A stretch of DNA of 64,000 bases from the human T2T-CHM13v2.0 reference genome, Homo sapiens. Position numbers and translations under genes: made by a program. Under the pieces are notes generated by a model that saw only the letters and a program-made list of their open reading frames with translations, had not been told where the DNA came from and ran no database searches. The first letter of the stretch is position 1; every line of letters starts with the position of its first letter. The DNA lies in the NCBI RefSeq assembly GCF_009914755.1, contig NC_060935.1, one strand, 5' to 3'. Below are positions 27,641 to 44,558 of the stretch, piece after piece.

Positions 27641-29553
27641 TGCCTTTCTTTTTTGTTGTTGCTTTTTGTTTTTTAACAGCACATAGGATACTGCCTTAGC
27701 CTAGCAGGTGTCAGGAACTCTGCTGAAATAAGACTTGAATTTAATCACGGTGAATCAAATCTGTGCAAGCCTGTTCCCAACTATGTCAAGTGCATATACT
27801 GCTGCCCTCCCATTTGATTGTTTGGATGAAATGCTTCTGGAAACATATACTGAGCACTAACAACACACTAGGCACAGCACTAGGTGTTGGGCTGAAGTCA
27901 GGCTCCCTCAAGAAACGTTCAGCCTAGTGAGATAACAGACTGTAAGAGTGATAATAAATGTGATTTGTGCTATGGCAAGACAGAAGACAAAAGTTTAGGT
28001 TGGCTTGTGGTGGTCTTGAGTAACTTCTGAGTATTTTATAAAGGAGGAATGGGAGTTGGCTAAGCCAAACAAGAGGAGAGTACAGAGCAAAGAGCATATG
28101 GTAATTCTGCACTAAGGTACAGAATTGCAGGCAGGACACGCCTAGAACAAGGAGTATTTTGGTGGAGAAGGGCAGGGAGAGCAAGAGTTTCTGAAGCTGC
28201 TTCACTCTGTGTCCACATCACGAACCTAAGGCCATTACTGGTTACCAGCCATTGCCCCTACACAAGTGTACTTTGGCTTTGATGACGGCTAGGACTCTTC
28301 ACCCAGGAAATGAGTTAGAGAAACGGCTGGCAGCATCTCTATCTGTCTACTCTAGGGATATGAGAGATGAAGGATAAACATGGGGTCTGCATTTTCCCGA
28401 TGTGTAGGAAATAATGAACAAGCAATTGGGCAAACCCGCATGGTGATGTCCTCTGCCTGGGGTGGGCCGTGGCTGCCCTCAGCAGGCCAGGAAGGTGCGG
28501 CCTGGCTTTACACCTATGTTCTTGATGTGGCCCTGGAGCAGAGGGCCATGGGGAAGCGATGTGAGCTGTAAACAGAACCAGGCCATGTTCAGAACCACTT
28601 TCTTTCTTTCTTTTTTTTTTTTTTCTTTTTTCAAGAGTGTTTATTAAAATAGGCAGTAATGGGGTGAAGAGTTCTGCCCACTCTGGGCCACAGGATGGGA
28701 AACTGAAAATGTTAGTTGGGTTCACCCAGTTCAAGTTTTCCTCTTTGATATGCCTGAAAATGTTATTTAACTTGAGACTTTGTTTAACCAACCAAAGAAT
28801 GGCTGAGAATTGAGCCAACCGTGTGATGAACTAATTATATGTAACTTAGTCAATAATAAATGTATATGCATCTGTATTCATCACATGTAAAAAACAAATC
28901 CAGTAAGGTGCTGATACTATCAGTTCCTTCTTCCTCCAGGACTTAAATAAAATCCTCAAGTCAAGTTCTGTCTTGCTCCAGCCCAGATCTTACTCTGTTT
29001 TCCCATGCTGTTGTGTTGTGCATTAATTCCCTCCCACATCCCACTGCAGCCACCATCCCATGTGATCTTCACCAAACCACTGTGGACTGGTCACTTCCAC
29101 ATATCCAAACTGTCCATCACATCCTTTAAATATAGCTAACCTGCCTGCCCCTTGTACTGAAATGTACATAGAAGTCAGCTGAAATCAACCATGTTTACTT
29201 CTAAGGCTGGTCCCCACACATTTCTTTTATCTTTTGCTCCTTGCTTACCTCTCCAGCTCTCCACTCCAACTGTGCTCTCTCCAATGCATTCTTCACACTG
29301 CTGTCTGGATGATTTATCTAAAATTCAAATGCAATTATATCACTCCTCTGCCAGAACCCTTCAGTGGTTCTCAGATCCTTTCAAATGACATCCAAACTCC
29401 TGAAGCATTTAGAGCAAGGCCATTCATGAGCCAGCTTCTTCCTACCTCCCTGGCATCATCTCCTAACTTTCCCCTTGACAGTTTGTGACACAGCAATGCT
29501 GAATTAGTTATGACTCTCCAAACACACAATGTTATTTAATGTTTCTGAGTCTG

Positions 29554-29648
29554 GTCTATGGCTATACCACCCTGAATGCACCCAATCTTGTCTGATCTCA
29601 GAAGCTAAGCAGGGTCAAGCCTGGTTAGCACTTGGATGGGAGTCTGCC
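29554..29648 (+). pseudogene. 5S rRNA pseudogene, 3'-truncated, no poly(A) tail (RNA5SP family)
   Basis: gtctatggctataccaccctgaatgcacccaatcttgtctgatctcagaagctaagcagggtcaagcctggttagcacttggatgggag matches about nt 1-90 of 5S rRNA with CpG decay. Confidence 0.95.
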
Positions 29649-29987
29649 AGAACAGTCCTTTCTACTCTATTTTGCCTTACAAATATGATCAGCCTTTAAC
29701 GTTCTCTCAACTATCCCCTTCTCTGAGACCTTCCTAGACAGAACGCATCTCTGGGCTGCCTCTGCGTCTTGTTCAACATCTGCTGTTGACCTGTCTGTAC
29801 ATTCCCAAGACCTATTTGCTTATAGGAACTCAGTCTTATCACTGAATGGCACAGGGCCTAAGACAGAATAGGTGCTTAGTCAGTGCTCTTTGAATCGATG
29901 TCCAATTACGCATCCTCCCCATCATTTAAGGGACTCGTGTTTCAGCCACAGCCATGCTGATAACTGCCTCCTGATTGGCTTTCCCAG

Positions 29988-30136
29988 GTCGGGCCAACCA
30001 CTGGTCTGCGATCATCGGAGGATCCCACTCCAAGAATTATGTACTGTGGGAATATGGAGGATATGCCAGCGAAGGCGTCAAACAAGTTGCAGAATTGGGC
30101 TCACCCGTGAAAATGGAGGAAGAAATTCGACAACAG
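29988..30136 (+). CDS. SPON1: Internal coding exon of spondin-1 (F-spondin), spondin domain; probably exon 6
   Basis: Translates as (R)RANHWSAIIGGSHSKNYVLWEYGGYASEGVKQVAELGSPVKMEEEIRQQ, which I recognise as F-spondin. Acceptor tttcccag ends at 29987 and donor CAG|gtaaga starts at 30137. Length 149 bp = 2 nt + 49 codons. Confidence 0.96.
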
Positions 30137-33100
30137 GTAAGACAAAAAAATCACAGAATGACCAAATAACAGAAATGCAGTCAAAGCACTCCTTAGATAT
30201 CTTTCCCAGGGGCTTGAAATTTGCAGTACAATGTGGTGGAAGAAAATCTATTTGCTGAGTTTGGGGGTTTTATGTTAAGTAGAGGACAGACAGAGGCACA
30301 AATATCCATTTTGTTGTCTCAGATTGTCCCTGACTGCATTCATGTTTTCTTCAGCCTGTGCTAAATGCTGCTGCTGTGGCCATATTGTTGGGATGCCTTG
30401 TCTCTAGTCTCCTGAGAGTCAAAGCCATGAATTAAGGTTTTCTTACTGTGATCTTTGAGAGGGTCAGAGGAGTAATAGTCAAGCTGTCCAGCCAAATCCC
30501 CAAAATAAATGTTTGAGTATTGGCACGTGCTTTTTGCAACTATGTCTTGAGGTACTTGATAAATTAGTCGTTCGTTCATCATAATCATTATGGACTGAGG
30601 CATCTTCTGTGTCCTATGCTGTGTGGGCCCAGGAGCAGTCCCACTCTCTAGGCCTTCACTGATACCTCTGTGAGATAAGGGAGAAAAAGTCCATAATTCT
30701 TATCAATTCATTTGGCTGACAGTGCCATCGTCCTTCATCAAAAGCCTAATCAGGTTGACACCAGAGAGAGGCTAATGAGAGAACCTTGGAAGAAGAGCCA
30801 CGTGGCTCAGTGGTGGTTTGCTGCAAGACATGGCAGTGCAGCTTTAGCCATCACTACCCACAAAAGCCTGTCCAGCCTGAGAGAGCACATGGCAGCATGT
30901 CCCACTGCCCACCAAGTGCTCTGGAGGAAGTAAGGAAAGAGCAAAGCATGCTTGGGATGTGATCATTTTACAACACAGGTCACTGAGAGGCTGTTGCCCT
31001 CCCTGTGCTCCTGTCCCACATCTCCTGAAACAATGCAGGAGGCTAAGAAAACACCAGGGACCCCATCTCACAGTCTGCATGTGCCCAGAGGCCTGAGCAG
31101 CACAGCAGGGCAAGCACAGCTGAGGCCCGCAGTGTTCCCCACCATCTGGACTCCAAGCTGCCCACAGACCCTAAATTGGAGGCAACAAAGGTCACTCTGA
31201 CTCCTGCTATAAATCCCCTGAGGAATCAGTTTGGACTAGAGTCGAAAAATGCCCCAGAATGAGCTTATGTTTCTTATTAATTTGATTTGAAGTCTTTCCT
31301 CCTTTCTTGGAAAAAAAGATGTTTGACCAGATGTTTTAAGAGTGCATGCTATTCATCCAAGATGAGCTATCTAACTATGCTCTGTTTCTCTGACTCTGGC
31401 TGCCATGCCTCATAATTGGCATCACTCCTTCAGACTATGGCAAAGTCATGCAGGGCTCTATATTGGTGCTAGTCTGTCTGGCCTATCATGGGGGAACCAT
31501 TGTTTGGGATCCTGGAGGTTCACATTCCCAGTTCTCAAGTATGGAATTATGCCTCCCTGATTTGTCAAGCTCCATGGTGTGGAATCTTGAAAACCTTTTG
31601 TTACAAATAGTAGTTGAAATACTAAAGTTTGCCAGTTAATTACATCAGGGTCAAGGGCATCTTCATAATAATGTCAGTCTCACTTGTTGGCTTTCTTGAG
31701 AGGTTTCTGGAAAAGAAAGAATCCCGCAGGAATCATACATAACTGGAACTATATTGTGCTGGTGAACATTATCTGACATGTCATAGCAATAAAAAGATTG
31801 AAAACTCATGGATGGGACCCCCCACCACCACCACTGCCAGCCTCAGAATCCCTCTTAGGAAAAAGTTCTTTGGTATGTTCCTAATCAGCATGGCTGTGAT
31901 TGGCTTGTATTACCACACAGGCAATGTCTGTCTGCCTATCCCAGCTGGCTAGTGTTTCAGACAAACAGTCGTAATAATAAGTTTAATTATGGGTACCGCA
32001 CATGGGAATGAACATATCTCAGTGCCTGTCACCACCTTTCAGGCCCCCTGGGTGCTGGATATCTACTTTTCGCCCCCCTCACATCTAGGCTGAGGATGCT
32101 ATTATTATCCCAGTTTTACAGATAAGGAAACCAAGGCATGGTCAACAGCAGAGAATACCAGGACTTAAACCTAAGTCTGTCTGGCTCCAAAGCCCAGACA
32201 GTACTAGACATATAATCTGCTCCGTGTAAACCTGAGGCCACTTGTTTGAAACTTGTTGAGAATCTCAAGATGGCAGTACCGTGAATTTCATAGCATGGGG
32301 TCCTGTGAGCCTGCATGGGTCACCTGCCCCTGAAGCCAGGCCTACCTGTATAATTTCCCTGTCCCACACAGCTGCCCCACAGAGAAATTCCTCTTGCCAG
32401 CCTCTGAATCTGGCCTCTGCTAACAGTGCCTCAGGTTCCCCAGCTCCTGGGAAAGTCAGTTGGATAGGGTGATTTCAGGATTCCAAATAACTCATCTTTC
32501 TAAATATTGTTCCCCGCAAGCACACAATTGATTTATTTTTTTGTAAGTCAGGTAAGAAACAACATTAAAATAAGCAAGAATATGAATCCTCCTAGAATAC
32601 AAAAGTGTCCTCTGAATAACCAGAAACTTGTTTGAAAACATCTGCAAACTAACACAGTGTTCTCGGGCTTTAATACTTTATATCCTACCAATCACTTTGT
32701 CAAAGAACCTGAGTCCAGCCATGATGAAAATAAAAAGCCCTCTTTTCTCAAGAAAGACATTTATATGCTTACCAGCATTCTCTTATTATAAACTTACGGC
32801 TCACTGCAAGTTTCAAGGGCATGAAGAATCACAATAGATATTCTTGGAGGTAAATTTTATGCTAATGGCTTTCAAGCACAAATGAACAAAAATACTAATC
32901 CTATTAATAGTGGAAGTATTAATAATAATAACAGTATATTAATAATAATACTGTTGAGTATAAATTTTAATGTTACTATAACTGCAAAACACCAAGAAAA
33001 TTAATGAAAAATTACAGCAGAATTATTGGCAGTAGTGACACTAGTGGCTGGGGCTGGGGAAGGCCACAATGCTCACCCTTTCGTGGAAGGACAAAGGCAA

Positions 33101-33384
33101 ATGTGTCCTGGTGGCCAGGACACCTGGGGACTGGGAATTAGAAATACTGAGCTATGGCTAGCCTGGCAGGTCACAAATGGGTAATCCAAGGCAGGCGGGG
33201 GCTGTAGGAAATGGTAGATCACACTTGTAGGTTGGTGTGGGAGTGGAAAGTGAGCTTATGAATACTCGTTATGAAAACACTTCATCCCACTAAGACCATT
33301 TCTACTTCAGTAAGCCCATATTTCTGGCATGTTTACTAAGTGTCTGGTTCTCTGCTGGATGCTGGCCCAAAGATGATGCCCCTT

Positions 33385-34100
33385 TCACTCGGTTATTCAG
33401 GCTAGAATCCTTGATCTCTCCACACCCAAACTTGTGCCTTCTCTTTTAAATTCATCCAGTTCAATCTGCCCTCATCACCACCTCCCTCCACTTATCTCTT
33501 GCCTAAATTGCTGCACTAGCCTCCTGATGCCCCTGCCTCTGATTCTCCTCCTGTTGCCCATGCTGCCCCAGGGCCATCTTTATAAAAAACAAATCAGATC
33601 ATGCCACTCCCCCACTTAAAATGTTTAATAGCTTCTCCTTGACCCTAAGATAAAGTCCAAATTCCTTATCAAAGCCTGAATACCCTTTATGTCCTGCCCT
33701 TGTCTTACCTCTCCAATTTTATTTCTTGCTGCAAATCTAAGTTTTGGGCATACAGAACCTCTTTCAGTCTATGCACAAGGGCCATGCCCTTCTTGTCTCT
33801 GGACCTTCTCTCAGCCAGACATCTTCCAGCAGCCTTCTAACTGGTGAACTCCTATTCATCCCTTAGGACTTAGCTTAGATGTTGCCTCTTCCAGGAGGCT
33901 TTCCCTGATTCTGTACTAAATTGATCTTGCCAGGTGCTCTCCCAGCACTTTGTCCTTCTCCTATTGTTAGCATCATCACACTTACATATTTCTTTGATGT
34001 CTCTCCCTCACTAAACAACAAGGTTTAAAGCTGCCGTTCCCACTATTATATCCCCTGAGCTTGGCATAGTATTGGATGCTTCCTAAATGTTTCTTGAATA
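33385..34100 (+). mobile_element. L2 fragment (3' end)
   Basis: aaatcagatcatgccactcccccacttaaaa, cctcttccaggaggctttccctga, ttggcatagt...aaatgtttcttgaat. Confidence 0.65.
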
Positions 34101-34104
34101 TATA

Positions 34105-34590
34105 GTTTGTTCATTCAATAACTTTATAAATATTTATTGAACTTATTAGTTTATTCATTTGGTAATTTTACTGAACACCTACTATATGCTAGGCATTGGA
34201 GATGCAGCAGTAATTAAGAAAACTCCTTTCCTTCATGAGCCTACATCCTAACAGTGGAGAAAAGGAAAACATGTAAAATATATATATATATATTTAAGTG
34301 AAAAGAAACCAACAAGGGTGGTAGTGACATAAAGAGGATTAGGAGTAGGGAGGGGCCTGTTTTAGATAAACCGGTCAGGGAAAGTCTCCCTAACAAATGA
34401 CCATGAAGCAGAAACCCAAAAGACAAGTGTAGGGGAAAATCATTTTAGATGCTAACAACAGCACATGCAAAGGGCCTGTGGGAGAACATAACTTATTGTG
34501 CTTAGAACTAAAAAAAGACTAGTGTGACACAAGGATAGTGAGGGGATTGTGGCACAAAAGGAGGCTGGAGAGTTGAATGCCGGACCACTT
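34105..34590 (-). mobile_element. L2 fragment
   Basis: ttcattcaa...actgaacacctactatatgctaggcattggagatgcagcagt. Confidence 0.65.
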
Positions 34591-34875
34591 TGTCTCTACT
34601 CAGACGAAATTAACAAAGTGGGAGAGGCACATACATGACTATTTCCATAGAAGGTACTTATTCCTTAGGGGAATCTGTGCATCCATTGGGGAAATGTGGA
34701 CACACATTTGGGCAGGGCCTTGTTGGGTTTCCTCTCTGCTGGAGTCTCCTTTTCCAATCCACGTCTGCTTCTTTCCACTATTCTAGTCCTTCATTAGGGC
34801 TACTTTTATCTCTTCAATAATTTTAAATATGTCTAATTGTCTCTTTCAGATTATTCTATTTTCTCATAATCTTAG

Positions 34876-35263
<388 letters not shown>

Positions 35264-36524
35264 CAGTAGTTTTTTTTCTTTTTCTTTTTTTTCCTGTTGG
35301 AGGAAAAAAGGTTCAAGTGATGGTGTCTTTACAGTGACTTTGTATTTTCTTCTCCTGGTCCCACCCAAGTTTTTATGTCCTTTCTCAGATTGGAATTGCC
35401 CACTGCACAGCTAGTATACGTCTGGACCCTGCACTAACACATGAGAGCAATTGGGAGTTCCATTTCTTGGAGGTGTCTTGGGCAGAAACAACCTTCCTTG
35501 CCATGTTCCCGAATGCTTGATGGAGGGTTTTCTCATGCCCTATTCACAAACAGGGCAGCCCTTTAAAACATCCACTGTATGCAGGCGTGCCCCCCCCATG
35601 CCCCACTTCTCACTGGCTCAAGATTTCCCCTTCTCTCCATGCATGGGCTTCTAAACCCCCGCCTCCAGCTCCTGGGGCCTGTATCCCAGTCCAGGGCCCC
35701 AACAGCTCACCACGCACTAGCTCCTGCTTACTGTTCTGAGTTAGACTTTCCTCCCTATTTCTGGCATCTGGGCAGTTTTTCTAAACTTGTTTACATATTT
35801 TTGTAATGTGTTTTGTTATATTTGTCCAGCATTTCTATCTGTTTGTAGAAGGAGAGAGAACTTTTTGTGTCAGTTCAGTTTTCCACATTTTCAGGTATCC
35901 AGCTAATATCTGTAGCACCTAACAAATATCTGAATTGATGACAAGCAAGCCATGAATGGTTCTTGCATAAAACTCTGAGCTTTGAAGAGTCACCCATTTA
36001 TTAAAAATCCATTAGAAAAATCATTCCAACTTTTATATTTCTCTGGATTCAAGGCTTTCCTGACCATAAGAGGTCAGATAATGGTGGACCCTAATACAGG
36101 CATTGATTATTTCACCTTCAGGAGACCTTGTTTTGGAGGATGACTTGAACCAGCCCACAGGATTATCACACCGCCTGTGGCATGAGAAGCAATAGACAAG
36201 CAGATGTTCTTTTTCTTTAAAGTTGAAACAGTTTATATGGCTCCAGGAACTGGAAGAAAAGGTTTGAGAATTTTCTTTTCTCATCTCCTTTAAATCATTG
36301 GAGATGACATATGTCTACTAAACTATTGTTTTTTTCTGATTTTTGATTTTCTAAATTTTTAATCACTTTTCTTTAATTAAATCCATGGCCTGACTTCAAG
36401 TGTTCTCTATGATTCATGACATGCTGCCTCATCCGGTTTGGAAAAACCACACACAAACACACACACACCCCACCAGCTTTTATTTATAATAATAAAGCTC
36501 CAGTGATCTTCCATGCTTATGAGA

Positions 36525-36790
36525 AGTAGTGATGTATAATGTCTAAAAGCATTGCCTCTGAATCAAGATTTCCTGAGTTCAAATCCTGGCTCCATCCCCT
36601 GCCAACTATGTGACTTTGGGCAAGTTACTTAACCCCTCTGTGTCTCAGTTCTCTCTTCTATGAGATGAAAATGGCGATTGTGCCAACCTCATAGAGTCAT
36701 TCTGAGGACTAAGTGAGCTGATAAGTGTAAAGTACTTGGAGCAGAGCCTGCCCTTAGAAAGAGATTGCTGGATGTTAGCTATCATTACCA
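36525..36790 (+). mobile_element. MIR SINE
   Basis: gttcaaatcctggctcc...tgtgactttgggcaagttacttaacccctctgtgtctcagtt. Confidence 0.85.
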
Positions 36791-37314
36791 TGTTTTCATT
36801 CTTCAGCCTCTGTTTCCTTATCAGTAAAATGAGGGGTTTGTCCTAAGACCCCCTGCAGGACTAGAAAATTTAATGTTCAAGTTCGTGTCATTTCTCAGTG
36901 TGAAAAGGTCCAGAGGATGAGGCCACAACTCCTTTACCATCTACTTCAACTACTTCAGCATCCCCAGGCACTGCCCAAGCCTGCCCCTCCTATCCCCACT
37001 TGACAGTGTCATCTCCCAATTTGCCCTAACATTTTTTCCCAAAGTTGATCATAAGCAATTAAGGGTATAAATTAAGCCTTCAAATATAGAAAGAGCTACA
37101 GTAAAACTCCACGCCCATTCCCAACTCACTGCTTTGCACATGCTCCCTCCCTTCCTTGGAACAGCCTCATCAGGATGCTCGCTGGAGCTAGTTCGATGCC
37201 ACCTCCAGAACAGCCCTAGAGGCAGCCATGGAGCACATCTTCCTGAATGTAGCAAGACACAAGCCAAGGGGCAGAAATGTGGCTCCCAACCTAAGGAGAG
37301 AGGTGGTTTAGTGA

Positions 37315-38143
<829 letters not shown>

Positions 38144-38915
38144 GGCAGGGGAAACTGAAGGTAGAAGATAAATTTATATTTCAGGGCAGCAGTGGATGGG
38201 CAAGAATTAGACTGAGTTGCAGGGCCCTAGCCAAAGGACAGGAGCTCAGGGCAGGATTTCAGTCCTGTAGAAGAGAGGGGCACTGAAGAGAGAAGAAGTT
38301 CAGGAGCACTAAAGAAAGAAGAGGGAAGATCAGCAGAAACCCAGAGTTCAGAGCTGCACCAATTGGGTGACAAAATGCTGGGTCTAGAGTTTGGTTTAGC
38401 AATTGAGGTGGGATCAAGGGACATTACTAGGCCTAAACACAAGGATATGGAAAGGCAGAGGTCAGAGAAAGAGTATGGGGCCCCAAAGCACTGTTAAGGC
38501 CACTTATTTACCCTTGCCACCTGCTGCCTTGCATTGTTACTTAAGAACCATGAAAACAGTAGAGAACCTGTACTTCTTAAGTCTCTGACCTCGAGTAGGT
38601 CACCTAAGCTCACTGAGCCTTAGATTTTACATTTGAAAAACAATAACAAGAATATGAATTACCTCTGTTGGTTATGAAATAATACGTGTACAAAGCATGG
38701 CTTGGAGTATGAGCTCATTATTACTCTTATTATTGCAACAAAAAAATTAAATTGGAAGGACTTAGAACCCTTTTTTCCTTCCATCTTCTAAAAGGGTATT
38801 TCGGTTTTACTGGGTGGGAATACAATGGAAAGAAGACATAAATTGGGCTAGGTAGAATCTACTAGAGCATAAAGACAAGGAAAAGGGAGAAAGAAAGATC
38901 CAAAGAAGACTTTTA

Positions 38916-39313
<398 letters not shown>

Positions 39314-40643
39314 TTAGCAGTATACTTTGCAGAATATTGTGTGATGTCATTTTCCCTTTGCTGCCTTCTCAAGAAAACTTCAGCAAAGACCTCTAATACT
39401 TTTTCAAGGCTTCTGGGAGTCAGATTGGGTCTGTTTTTTTAGGTGTGTCACCCTGCTGCAAATGGCCCCCAAGGGTGCCCAACCTTATTTGGGTTACATT
39501 GATGACACACACCTCCTTTGTTCTCCCCTACCTCATTCAAGGCTTAATTCCATGTAGTATGGGTAAGTGGGCACTTGTGGTTGGTAGAAATAAAATGACA
39601 CTCAGAGTGGTGATAGGGTAAGGAGTCAAATAAAGATTCTGTCACAGATACTCGATACAGAAATTAAGACATTGTTTGAAAGGTATGATTTGAGTCATAT
39701 GAAACCTCTTGTTTGCTTTCAGTTGAGTCTTCAAACAAATCCAGATTACAGTAGGACAAGCTGCCAGAGTGATTTCGTGATGCCTGTTCTTTAATAAAAC
39801 TGGCACAGGCTGCCTTTGCTGGAAGGGTATAGAGCTGGCCTCTTAGCATTACTTCTTAACCTCTACAGTTTTATAAGACAGCATCATGATCCCTGGGAAT
39901 TTTTCTGAGAATCTCTGTATGAGAGAAATGTGGGACAGTCTTATTCAAGACTTACAGAATATTTGACTCACTAAAATATCTATTTTTACAGTAACTGAGC
40001 CAAAATATTGCAAATAGAAGGCAAATTTAAGTGAGAGATCATTAATATATTACCTTAAGATTTAGAAGACAATTTAGCAATATCTATCAAAATTATACGT
40101 TTTCTTTTTTCTATTGTAGTAAAAGAAAACACATAATATTTACCATCTGAACCATTTTTAAGTGCACAGTTCAGGAGTGTTAGGTATATTCACATTGTTG
40201 TGTGTATATTTTCCTTATACATCAACATAATAAAATAATTCTATATCTAGGAATATGTCTTTCTGAAATAGTCTTGTGCAAAAGTATATGAGGAAGAATA
40301 TTCATTATAGTATTTTATTTTTAAGAGATGGAACAAGCAAACTTTCATCAATAGGGGTCATATTAGAAACTCTGGATGCATTTAACGGGTCAAATACCAT
40401 GCAGCTATTAAAAAGAATAAGGCAGATTTGTGTGTACTGATACAGAATGCTCCCTGGTGTATATAGTTAGATGGGAAAAAAGCAGAACAGTGTGTATAGC
40501 TTGATTCCATATATGAAAAATGGCAGGTTAGAGTGAAATGATTATATTCATGTATAGGATTATATATGCATAGAATATCTCTATGAACATACACCAGAAA
40601 CTCCTTGCCTCTAGAGCACACAGAGAGTAAGGGGCAGAACTGA

Positions 40644-41027
<384 letters not shown>

Positions 41028-41532
41028 TAAAAGAATAATATTTAAATGAACAAAGAAAACTTGGATAAGAAACCAAATATTCCCCCCAAAAAAAATACTG
41101 CATAACTTAATCTGTAAATTTAAAGTGTTCCCTCAAAAATCCCAGATAATTTTTTAAAAATTATACAGGCTGACGCTATAGAAATAGAAAACTAAACAGT
41201 CAACAATAGTCAGAAAATGTTTGAAAAAGCATATAATGAAGGGAAGACTGGCTAAACCAGATATAAAAACGTTATAAAACAACATTAACTAAAACTGTGT
41301 GAAGCTAGAGAGTGAATACACAGATCAATAGAATCTAATAGAAAGTCCAGAAATAGACACAAATTCTTTGTAAGTTAAGTATATGAAAAAAGTATAATTT
41401 TATATCAGTTGGAAAAACACTAGATCCTTCAATAAGTGGTAATGGCACAACTGGAAGCCATCTGGAAAAAATATTTTTCTTCATACCTTAATCCTGGAAC
41501 CAATACAAGCTCCAAATATATCAAAAATTTAA

Positions 41533-41912
<380 letters not shown>

Positions 41913-41975
41913 TAACCTAGAACAAAGCTTCTTCCAAGCACATCACAAAACCCGGAGATCATAAAAGGTTAATGA

Positions 41976-42298
<323 letters not shown>

Positions 42299-43495
42299 TA
42301 GTGGAAAATACTAAGACTTTTTTTTTTTTTGAGAGGAGTCTCGCTAAACAAAGGGCTAATTTTTTTTTGATATATAAAGAGCTTCTTATGGTCAGTTTTT
42401 AAAAGACCAACAAACCAATAGATCAAAACACATGGACAGGTCTCAGAAAAGGAAAATGAGATGGCTTTTAGATATTATAAATGATGTTCAACTTCATTTA
42501 CAATCATAGAAATACAAATTAGTTTCACAGAGCTACAATTTTTGATCTGTTAGACTTTTGACAACTATATTGTCAGAGGTGTAGGGAAACACCTTTCTAC
42601 ACTGGAGAGCGCTTTCTTCTGACTCAGCAGTTCAGTCAGAAATTTATATACACAGATATACTCACATTTAGGCACATTCTATTTATTGGACATTGTAACA
42701 CAAGAGTGGAATAAATTAAATATCCATGAATAGGGGACCAGTTAAATAAATATGAGATTTTGATATTAAACATTTCCAAGACAAATTGTTTCATTAAAAA
42801 AGAAAATGCAGCAGGGTACTCATGATTGGTCCCATTTGTGCTATCTTTCTAAAGATGTGTACTTACGTCTCTTGAAGGGTATATAAGAATATTAATAGTG
42901 GTTGCCTCTGGGGTGGAGAGTTAAGAGATTGCGGAAAACGAAGAGAGGGACCTTTCACTGTATTCCCTTTGGTGCCTTTGGAATGTGGTACCATGTTTTT
43001 GTGCTATCTATTCAAAAAGTAATTATTTTATAGTTGAAATAAAAAAAAATAAGCCAACCAACCAACAAACACCCAAGCTTAGGAACATTTAAACGATGCT
43101 GTATCTGAAAGCACATTGTGGGGTCTTGGTAGATCGTTCTCCTCCTGGTGACCAAGAGAGCTACAGTCCACCTGTTATTTTAGGTGAGAAAACTGAGGCT
43201 CAGAAAATATACTTCACATGTCCAAATGCTAGTGGCAACACAGGACTTTTGACTTCCCTCCTGGTACTTTTTTCTGTCTCTGCTAAAAGAGAAGAGACAT
43301 AGGCAGCCCTGAAAACGTCACTCTGGTGTATGTACTCCTCCAGTGTACTGAAACATTTACTTTTCACCAGATTGTGTCTCTGAGACAGTTTAGAGCTGGA
43401 CTTTTCAATGAATACTTGCCATCTAGTGGTAAAAAAAGATGTGTGCACCTAACATAGACTGCATTCATTCATTCATTCATGCATCAAACACCATA

Positions 43496-44489
43496 CAGTC
43501 ATGCACTGCATAACATTTCAGTCAACGACAGACTGCATCCATGACAGTGGTCCCTTAAGATTATAATGGAGCTAAAAATTCCCATTGCCTAGTATTCACT
43601 ATACTGTAATTTCTATCATTATTTTAGAGGGTACTCCTACTTATTTTTTTTAAGTTAGCTATAAAACAGCCTCAGGCAAGTCCTTCACAGGTATTCCAAA
43701 GGAAGGCATTGTTATCCTAGAAGCTGAAAGTGATGAGTTACTGCCCCCGAGGACCTTCCAGTGGGACAAGGTGTGGAAGTAGAAGTCAATGATGTTGATG
43801 ATCCTGACCCTGTAAAGGCTTAAGCACATTTTTTAAAATGTGTGTGTTTACATCTTAGCTTTTAACAAAAAAGTTTAAAAAGTTAAAAAAAGAATTAAAA
43901 AGGCCTGTAGAATAAGGATATAAAGAATGAAAACATTCTTGTACAACATGCACTGTGTTGTTGTTTTAAGCTAAGTATTATTACAGTTGTTAAAAAGGTA
44001 AAAAAAAGTGTATAAAGTAAAAAGTTAGAATAAGCTAAGGTTAATTTATTATTGAAGAAAAGTGTTTTTATAAATTTAGTGTAGCCTAAGTGTACAGTGT
44101 TTATTAAGTCTACAGTAGTGTGCAGTAATGTCCTAGGCCTTCACATTCACTCACCACTCACTGACTGACACAGAGTAACTTCCAGTCCTGCAAGCTCCAT
44201 ACAGGTGTACCATTTGTTATCTTTTATACCTTATTTTAATGGTACCTTGATATGTTTAAATATACAAATACTTACCATTGCATTACAATTGCCTATGGTA
44301 TTCAGTACAGCCACATGCTGTACAGGTTTATAGCCTAAAAACAATAGGCTATACCATATAGCCTAGGTGTGTAGTAGGCTAGACCCTCCAAGTTTGTGTA
44401 AGTACCCTCTATGATGTTTGCACAATGAAGAAATTGCCTAATGACACATTTCTCAGAGCATATCCCCGTTGTTAAGTGAGGCATGACTG
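43496..44489. mobile_element. Tigger3/MER7-type TcMar DNA transposon
   Basis: Terminal inverted repeats cagtcatgc...gcatgactg, preceded by TA. Internal gtggtcccttaagattataatgg. Confidence 0.88.
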
Positions 44490-44558
44490 GGAAATCACTT
44501 GTCCTTAAGGCACTCCTAGTCTCTTGGGAAAGACTGACAGAAAAACAGGTGATTACAC

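Noticed and set aside
29872-30258. ORFs 29872..30258 and 29975..30169 as stand-alone genes
   Set aside because: Only 29988..30136 is exonic. The rest is intron read-through or an alternative frame.
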